Assembly: GCA_965228855.1 (NCBI GenBank)
Contig: CBDDIJ010000002.1
Coordinates: forward strand, 1,248,001-1,312,000
Source of the DNA: Candidatus Obscuribacterales bacterium
Lineage (GTDB): Bacteria; Cyanobacteriota; Vampirovibrionia; Obscuribacterales; Obscuribacteraceae
Direction: 5' to 3'
DNA length: 64,000 nucleotides
The translations under genes were made by a program, and so were the position numbers. Under the pieces are notes generated by a model. The model was not told the origin of the DNA. It made no database searches and worked only from the letters and a program-made list of their open reading frames with translations. Of this stretch, positions 57,560-64,000 are shown in pieces. Every line of letters starts with the position of its first letter. Positions within the stretch are counted from its first letter, which is position 1.

Positions 57560-57643
57560 GGAGAGGTACCGAAGCGGTCATAACGGCGCCGCCTCGAAAG
57601 CGGATGGGTGCAAGCCACGTGGGTTCGAATCCCACCCTCTCCG
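57560..57643 (+). tRNA. tRNA-Ser (anticodon CGA), CCA not encoded
   Basis: GGAGAGG/CCTCTCC acceptor stem, CT-CGA-AA loop, long variable arm, GGTTCGAATCC T-arm, discriminator G. Confidence 0.95.
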
Positions 57644-57786
57644 ATCCTTTTGAGAATGGAACAGTCGAAAAGGTCAACCTGGCAGGTTGACCTCAATTTC
57701 CAAGCGCTTGCTTCCGAGGGAGGGCGTTGTCCTCAGTCGGTCGCTGTCGGTTAAGATTGAAAGGTCGGCGGGGCTGGTCACAACCC

Positions 57787-58455
57787 ATGAAATTGCCTGG
57801 TTCAACAATCAAAATCGTACTCGCGATAGCAATCGGATTTGGCGTGGCGCCCTTTGTGGTTTCCTGCGTCAATCAAAAACCTGTCGAGTTGAAAAAAGTG
57901 CCGCTATCCGTCGAGCGCATTCGGTTTGATTCAAAAGGCGATTTGAGTAATGTGCCATTGAATGAAAACGAAGGCGCCGTCACCGTTTGGAGTTTTGGTT
58001 GCAAAACTGATTTTGATTTTGACATCGTTGAGAAGACATTTTTGACGAAAAACGATTACATGGTCACTATCAAAATCAAAAGTTGCAGGGTCGAATTAAC
58101 CGCACCGGTTACTGTTTACTTACCGGACGGTGCTGATAAGCAGCTTGTCGAGCATGAAGACGGGCATGTCGAGATCTGCAGACGAATCTATGCAACGGCA
58201 GATAGACAGGCTCTAATCGCCGCTTCGCAGGCGATTGGCAAGACCTATCAAGCGTCTGGCAGCAGTGTGGACGAGGCTTGCCAGAAGGCGGTTGAGGACG
58301 CGAGTTTGACAATCAGTCAAACTTATCACGACCGAGCATCAATGGCAGTTAATCGTATTTCTGAGGCATACGATATTTTGGATCGAGCGGAACCAGGCAA
58401 CGCCAAGGAGCTTGTCGAGAAGGCGATGAACAGGCAGATTGACACACGAAGGTAG
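57787..58455 (+). CDS. Putative lipoprotein, HExxH zinc-metalloprotease-like (DUF922-like)
   Basis: Lipobox-like FVVSC; LVEHEDGHVEI. Confidence 0.65.
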   Translation: MKLPGSTIKIVLAIAIGFGVAPFVVSCVNQKPVELKKVPLSVERIRFDSKGDLSNVPLNENEGAVTVWSFGCKTDFDFDIVEKTFLTKNDYMVTIKIKSCRVELTAPVTVYLPDGADKQLVEHEDGHVEICRRIYATADRQALIAASQAIGKTYQASGSSVDEACQKAVEDASLTISQTYHDRASMAVNRISEAYDILDRAEPGNAKELVEKAMNRQIDTRR

Positions 58456-58458
58456 TTT

Positions 58459-59802
58459 CTACTTCTTGAAGCGACCTTCAACAGCGCGAGCTTCGGTCTC
58501 GTACTTCTTCGCTTCTTCTGGCAAGTTGCTCTCTTTCAGGACTTCTGAGAACCACATGAGAGTGAACGCATAGCGTTTGTCGTCTTCCAGTCTGTGCTTC
58601 GCTTCCACTGCGAACTTCTGTTTACAGTCAGCTAGATAACCTTCCGGATCGCGCACGATGCTGGAAGCATTTAATGGGAAGAAGTTGAGAGCCCAGCGAG
58701 AAACGTTGCCGTGTGCTTTCGGTTCTTTTGCAGTAACCCCAACCCGTCCGCCTTTGGGGTCTGCCGATTTTTCCTCGCCCTTGGAAAACTTCAATGTTTT
58801 TGCTGAAGCATATGCTTTCTCCTGGTCAGAAATTGACGCGTCTAAACGCGCAATTTCCTTTGCAAGCGCTGCTTGTTCGACGGAGCCGACATTTCCATCG
58901 AGACCTTGATATGCCGAAAGAAATGGCGCCACACCTACGCCCTTGTCCTCTAGCTCTCGAATGCGATTTAGCAAGGCCGCACGCTCCGATTTTAACGGTC
59001 CATCGGATACTTCGAGGTCTTTCGTCGTCAGTTTCGAAGTGCCGGCGTTAATCTGCATGGAGCCGAATGCGGCGGCGACTTGTTTCTGAATGGTGGCTAT
59101 GTTGTTGAGCGAGATAACAACTTGTTTGTATTTGCCTCGCTCGGCCGGGTTGTAAAAAGTGACCATAATCCGTTTTGCTGCGCTGTTGCTTCCGACAAAA
59201 TCAAGCGCAGTCTGCGCTATTTTATACGCCTCATACTTGTATTCGTCGTCGCTCAAGGCTGGCATTTTGCAGGAAACTTCAATTTCTTCGCCACGGTCGA
59301 CTGTCTGAAAATCACGTCTGGCAGCGGCGGATAACATCATCCGACTTTCAATGGCCGTTGCTGTATCTTGAACTTTTCCTGATTTTATTTCAATGGAGGA
59401 AAGCAATTCATCCTGACCCATGGCGCCGGAATCGAAAGCCTTTACGTCGCCTGCTCGGATAGTAACGGCGCGGTATTCATTGGCGGCGCGTGAGTTATAG
59501 AAATACACGACGATGCTTGTGATGCCGCTTCCCGGCATGTCAAAAACTGTTTTCCCGATTAACAATGCGTCGATTTTTGAGTCTTTATCGTCGGCACGTT
59601 CGTTTCTGAACGTCGAGATCGAGGCTTGCTCGCCCTGCACGCGGACTTTCATTTGAGTTCCGGGAGCGAGAATCTTTGCTTTGTTAATTGCAGCAGTCAC
59701 TTGTTCAGCACTGGCTGCTGCCAGAGCCGGATTTTGAAGTAGTAAAAGAGTAGTAGCCGTCGCGATACTGAGAAAACCGGCTCTATAAGCTCGATTAAAC
59801 AC
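58459..59802 (-). CDS. Secreted hypothetical protein
   Basis: GTG 59802 with GGAGG RBS and signal peptide (..NPALA); ORF-track start 60177 overlaps the divergent gene. Confidence 0.75.
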   Translation of the reverse strand: MFNRAYRAGFLSIATATTLLLLQNPALAAASAEQVTAAINKAKILAPGTQMKVRVQGEQASISTFRNERADDKDSKIDALLIGKTVFDMPGSGITSIVVYFYNSRAANEYRAVTIRAGDVKAFDSGAMGQDELLSSIEIKSGKVQDTATAIESRMMLSAAARRDFQTVDRGEEIEVSCKMPALSDDEYKYEAYKIAQTALDFVGSNSAAKRIMVTFYNPAERGKYKQVVISLNNIATIQKQVAAAFGSMQINAGTSKLTTKDLEVSDGPLKSERAALLNRIRELEDKGVGVAPFLSAYQGLDGNVGSVEQAALAKEIARLDASISDQEKAYASAKTLKFSKGEEKSADPKGGRVGVTAKEPKAHGNVSRWALNFFPLNASSIVRDPEGYLADCKQKFAVEAKHRLEDDKRYAFTLMWFSEVLKESNLPEEAKKYETEARAVEGRFKK

Positions 59803-59943
59803 TTGCCAACCCTCCAGGTACACCAGCCAATATCTCACCTCACTATACCCGACTTGCGAGGCGTATATCATATAAACGAACGGTCGGAAGCGACTGAAAG
59901 GAATCAGGAAGACCCGTACAATTTGGAAGCAATTGAGGCGAAC

Positions 59944-62268
59944 TTGGCCAATCGAAATGCCTTGGAAATGACGACCGTCGCGATATACGCAACGGCGATT
60001 TTCGCGAGCGCATGTCTTATGTTCGTGGTCGAACCGATGGTCGCGAAAATGTTGCTTCCGGTCTTCGGTGGAACGCCAAATGTTTGGAACACTTGCGTTG
60101 TTTTCTTTCAAGTCTTGCTGATCGCAGGCTACCTGTACTCTCACATTGTGAGCACACGCGCGACCGCGCTGATACAAGTGTCAGTGCACATTCCATTGGT
60201 CTTTTCTGCTGCATTTCTTCTACCAACGAGATTGCCTGCAATCGGTGATGTTTATTCAAATCCAACGTTCTCCTTGATAGCACTGTTGGTGGTGCTAGTC
60301 GGTGCACCATTTTTCGTCATTTCGACAACGGCTCCCTTGATGTCGAAGTGGTATTCCGCTCTCGGAGCGGTCGGCTCGAAAGATCCATATTTCCTTTATG
60401 CAGCCAGTAATGCAGGCGGAATTCTTGGGCTGGTCAGCTATCCATTTCTAATTGAGCCTAATTTGCGTTTGGTCGAGCAGATAAGACTGGTTGGTGGCGT
60501 TTACATCTTCTACGGCGTCCTTGTTTCACTTGCAGCGATTCTGTTTTTCCTGAAAATGAAAGGAGGAGAAACAGAAACGGCTCTCCTGAACGCAAGAGAT
60601 TCGGCAGAACAAACAGTTTCCATTGAACAGCAAGGTTCAGCTGATCAAGATTCAACCGCACAACAAGTTGGCGAGCCCGGAAGCCAACAGTATCTGCACT
60701 GGTTGGTGCTCGCTCTCGTACCCCAAAGTCTCATTTTAGGCTTCACGACATACGTGACGTCGGAACTCTCGGCTATACCATTGTTCTGGATAGTCCCACT
60801 TCTCATCTATCTGCTTTCGTTTGTAATCGCATTTAGTGGCGTTCCACTAGTTCTGCGAAAAGTTGTCCGTATATCTGCTCTTGCGTTGACCATCGTTTCT
60901 GCGGCGCTGTTGACGGAAGGCGGGCGCTTCTTCGGAATCGACTTGTTGACTGTCGGTTTGTCCGTGCAGTTGCTTACTCTGTTTTTTGTTTGCTGCGCGT
61001 GCCACATGGAGATTGCCGCTCAGAGACCTTCTCCAAAACACCTCACCAACTATTTTTTGACGATTTCAATTGGCGGTGTGCTCGGAAGTTCGATTAATTC
61101 ATTTATCGCTCCCAGTCTATTTGTCGATTACATCGAGTATCCGCTGATGCTCGCTGTTGCGGGTGTTCTACTTGTGAGAGCCAGGTCCGCCAAGATCGAT
61201 CATGGGCTGAAGATTTTAGTTGCGATGCTCGGGATGTTCATGTTAATCGATTGGTCGAGAACCGATGATTCAGTGGTCATGAGAAAGCGAAACTTTTTTG
61301 GTTGCTTGTCCATTGATGTTAATCGCGAGTCAAATACTTGCGAGTTTTATCATGGACTGACTATGCACGGTAGCGAGAGTCTTGATCCCGATGAGCGTGG
61401 TTTGCCGATTTCGTACTACTACACTGACGGACCGATCGGTAAGTTTTTTGTGAATCTGTTTGGACCGCCTGAAACATTGCGTCTTCAAGCTCACGGTAAA
61501 CAAACCGTCCAGGCTTCGCCGGGCAGTCTCTCCGCGGATGTGCGCGAGCAGCGGCGAAAGTACCTGGAGGACTTGAAAAACTCGGACGAGGGAAACACCC
61601 CTGTTACAGTGGAAACTGTTGCTAGATCCTTGGACGAGCTTCCAAGTTTGCGTCAGAAGAAGATGCCGATCGGAATACTTGGGCTGGGAACCGGTACCAT
61701 TGCTGCTTTTGCGAAAACGGGTCAGCCGGTTGTTTATTATGAGATTGACCCGGCAGTGGTTGAACTTGCTCAAAATCCAATTTATTTCACATACCTATTT
61801 CAAGCTCAAAAGCGTGGCGTCGATCTGAAAATCGTGAAGGGTGATGGTCGTCTGGAAATTCAAAAGGCGCCATATAAGTACTTCAAGGTCATAGTTGCGG
61901 ACGCGTTCAGCTCGGATTCAATTCCGACTCATTTGATAACAAAAGAGGCTTTGGCTACTTATCGAAACAAATTGCGCGATGACGGCGCTGTCATTTTTAA
62001 CATTTCCAACCATTTTTACGACTTGAGTCCGGTATTGGCGAATTTAGCTGCTGACGCAGGGCTGGCTGCATATATCTATTCCGACGGTGAGGCACTTGTT
62101 GCGAAGAAACAGTCATCGGCCACTTGGGTCGTATTAACCGCTGATGAAAACACAAAATCTATTTTGCAGGTAAACGGGTGGAAGCCACTGAGAGTTAAGA
62201 AGCAGTCGCCGCTATGGACCGACGACTTCTGCAGTCCGCTCACAGTTCTAATCTCTCCGTTGTCTTAG
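59944..62268 (+). CDS. Fused MFS-like membrane domain / spermidine-synthase-like SAM-binding protein (copy 1)
   Basis: LMFVVEPMVAKMLLP.FGG...WNTC, DPYFLYAASN, RNFFG, LGLGTG, YEIDP, GDGR, DAFSSDSIP, WTDD; start TTG 59944 or ATG 59968. Confidence 0.9.
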   Translation: MANRNALEMTTVAIYATAIFASACLMFVVEPMVAKMLLPVFGGTPNVWNTCVVFFQVLLIAGYLYSHIVSTRATALIQVSVHIPLVFSAAFLLPTRLPAIGDVYSNPTFSLIALLVVLVGAPFFVISTTAPLMSKWYSALGAVGSKDPYFLYAASNAGGILGLVSYPFLIEPNLRLVEQIRLVGGVYIFYGVLVSLAAILFFLKMKGGETETALLNARDSAEQTVSIEQQGSADQDSTAQQVGEPGSQQYLHWLVLALVPQSLILGFTTYVTSELSAIPLFWIVPLLIYLLSFVIAFSGVPLVLRKVVRISALALTIVSAALLTEGGRFFGIDLLTVGLSVQLLTLFFVCCACHMEIAAQRPSPKHLTNYFLTISIGGVLGSSINSFIAPSLFVDYIEYPLMLAVAGVLLVRARSAKIDHGLKILVAMLGMFMLIDWSRTDDSVVMRKRNFFGCLSIDVNRESNTCEFYHGLTMHGSESLDPDERGLPISYYYTDGPIGKFFVNLFGPPETLRLQAHGKQTVQASPGSLSADVREQRRKYLEDLKNSDEGNTPVTVETVARSLDELPSLRQKKMPIGILGLGTGTIAAFAKTGQPVVYYEIDPAVVELAQNPIYFTYLFQAQKRGVDLKIVKGDGRLEIQKAPYKYFKVIVADAFSSDSIPTHLITKEALATYRNKLRDDGAVIFNISNHFYDLSPVLANLAADAGLAAYIYSDGEALVAKKQSSATWVVLTADENTKSILQVNGWKPLRVKKQSPLWTDDFCSPLTVLISPLS

Positions 62269-62280
62269 GAAGGAAGGGAA

Positions 62281-64000
62281 GTGAACTCCGATAAGTCAAA
62301 TCGATTCGAACTTCTGTATGTCACTATATATGGTGGCGCATTGATTTGTTCGTCTTTCCTGATGTTTTTCATAGAACCATTCGTAGCGAAGTTGTTGCTA
62401 CCAATATGGGGAGGAGGACCGGGCGTCTGGAATACATGTGTCTTGTTTTTCCAGATTGTTCTTCTTCTTGGCTATCTCTACGCACATTTTTTGTCGAAAC
62501 TGTTAAAGCCATCTGCTCAACTAGCTGTACAAATGATTTTAGTATGGTTGTGTGCCTGCTTCCTACCGATTCGAATCTGGCAAGTTGAGAGTTCGGCAAG
62601 TGCCAATTTTGGCCCGACCTTGAGTTTGTTTATATCCGTAGGAGTGATGGTCGGCGGTGCTTTCTTCTCAATATCCACTACCGCTCCGCTATTGCAGCGC
62701 TGGTTTTCGGATTCACGATTCGCACGCTCGGCCGATCCATACTTTCTGTTTGCGGCCAGTAACTTGGGTGGTTTAGCCGGATTACTCTCGTATCCGTTCC
62801 TTCTCGAGCCGAATTTTTCCCTTGCACAGCAAGGGCAATTTATAACGATCGGTTATGTTTGCTTTGGTCTCCTGGTCTCCATCGCCGGCTCTTCGATGGT
62901 GCGAAGACATCGGTCTATCGCGGCGTCTAGCAGCAAGATAAGTCGTGGTCCGAAAGTTAATTTACTGATGAAGTGGCTTCTTCTTTCGGCTGTTCCTTCC
63001 AGTCTTGTGCTGGGACTCACCGAGCATGTCACGGGAGAGTTGTCTGCAATACCGCTATTCTGGATTGTGCCGCTGGCTATTTATTTGATCTCGTTCATCA
63101 TAGTGTTCGGACGAAGCTCTAAAACGTTGGTTACGGTCTCAACCGCTCTCGCACCACCTCTGGTAGCGGTCAGTTTGCTTCTTCTCTATTCCGAAAACAT
63201 CTACCAACTGATCGGTGGAAACGCCTACATAACCACCGGTGTTTCGGTTCAGCTGCTCACGTTGTTTGCAATCTGTGTCGCCTGTCACGGCAAAGTTGCT
63301 GCTGAACGTCCTGAAAGCGCTCATCTAACCATTTATTACTTTGCGGTCTCACTGGGCGGCGTTTTGGGAAGCGCTTTCAACGCCCTTGTTGCGCCTGTCG
63401 TCCTGAAAGGAGGACATGAGTATTCGATCGTCCTTATGCTTGCGGCGATATTGCTATCGCAGCTGCCTGCAAAGCTGGAGGCACGGTTTGCGAAAAGAAC
63501 AGCTGAGTCTAATAGGGCAAGCCTCGATTATGTGATACCGCTCGTGGTGCTAGTGATCTCTGCTATTTGCTGGTACAGCTACGCGATAACGCGAGGCGGG
63601 CTGGATGAGAATATTAGAGTCGTTCGTCCTGAATCCGGACTGTTTGAAGTGTTGCTTCGGGTTGTGCTACCGGTAGGTTTTTGCATTCTTCTAGCGAGAA
63701 CAAATAGACAATATCGACTTGGCTTGCTCGCTCTTAGTTCGGTCGTGCTCCTCCACCTGCATTCGGAAACCGACAAACGCGTTGTATATAAAAACCGAAA
63801 CTTCTTCGCTCGATTAGCGGTGAGTACATACAATAACGCGGTCGAGTTGTGGAACGGCGCCAATCTTCATGGTACGGAAAGTTTGAATCCTCTTAAACGT
63901 GGAATTCCCGATTCGTATATGTACACCGATGGACCGATTGGTTTAGCTCTCAATGAGCTTGATAAAGTCTCCTTTGATCAGCCATCCTCGAAGACCGTTT
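62281..64000 (+). CDS. Fused MFS/spermidine-synthase-like protein (copy 2), 3'-truncated by window edge; absent from ORF track
   Basis: GTG 62281 after a purine-rich RBS; my translation gives LMFFIEPFVAKLLLPIWGGGPGVWNTC..DPYFLFAASN..RNFF..HGTESL, in frame to the window end. Confidence 0.9.
   Translation, partial: MNSDKSNRFELLYVTIYGGALICSSFLMFFIEPFVAKLLLPIWGGGPGVWNTCVLFFQIVLLLGYLYAHFLSKLLKPSAQLAVQMILVWLCACFLPIRIWQVESSASANFGPTLSLFISVGVMVGGAFFSISTTAPLLQRWFSDSRFARSADPYFLFAASNLGGLAGLLSYPFLLEPNFSLAQQGQFITIGYVCFGLLVSIAGSSMVRRHRSIAASSSKISRGPKVNLLMKWLLLSAVPSSLVLGLTEHVTGELSAIPLFWIVPLAIYLISFIIVFGRSSKTLVTVSTALAPPLVAVSLLLLYSENIYQLIGGNAYITTGVSVQLLTLFAICVACHGKVAAERPESAHLTIYYFAVSLGGVLGSAFNALVAPVVLKGGHEYSIVLMLAAILLSQLPAKLEARFAKRTAESNRASLDYVIPLVVLVISAICWYSYAITRGGLDENIRVVRPESGLFEVLLRVVLPVGFCILLARTNRQYRLGLLALSSVVLLHLHSETDKRVVYKNRNFFARLAVSTYNNAVELWNGANLHGTESLNPLKRGIPDSYMYTDGPIGLALNELDKVSFDQPSSKTV

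Noticed and set aside
57560..64000. tRNA-Ser as an integration site for a genomic island
   Set aside because: No integrase and no duplicated tRNA 3' end seen in the window.

Overview
Gene-dense bacterial chromosomal window with no integrase, transposase, phage gene or CRISPR array. Gene content (DHH-CBS-fused A-adding tRNA nucleotidyltransferase, many lineage-specific giant and secreted proteins, Tad pseudopilins) suggests a non-photosynthetic cyanobacterial relative such as Melainabacteria/Obscuribacterales; this is inference only. Housekeeping genes: hemA-hemC-hemD, hemB, 5-oxoprolinase/hydantoinase, tRNA nucleotidyltransferase, DAG-kinase family, SRP RNA (28418-28508, minus), tRNA-Ser(CGA), an NfeD-SPFH-flotillin cluster, a BtuF-like protein, and two tandem MFS/spermidine-synthase fusions (the second runs off the window and is missing from the ORF track). 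Most unusual: (1) two convergent giant effector-like proteins, one with a cryptic kinase-like domain; (2) several catalytically degenerate proteins (AEP primase-like, GGDEF, histidine kinase, Ser/Thr kinase) plus a stand-alone MshEN-like protein and dispersed Tad/Flp pilus genes; (3) a perfect 16-bp palindrome filling the -35/-10 spacer of a leaderless SPL-type radical SAM repair gene, a candidate new SOS box; (4) NrdR-box-like 16-mers at non-RNR genes; (5) a ~225-nt structured, possibly 6S-like or switch RNA upstream of hemB. All calls come from motif reading by eye; no database searches were run.
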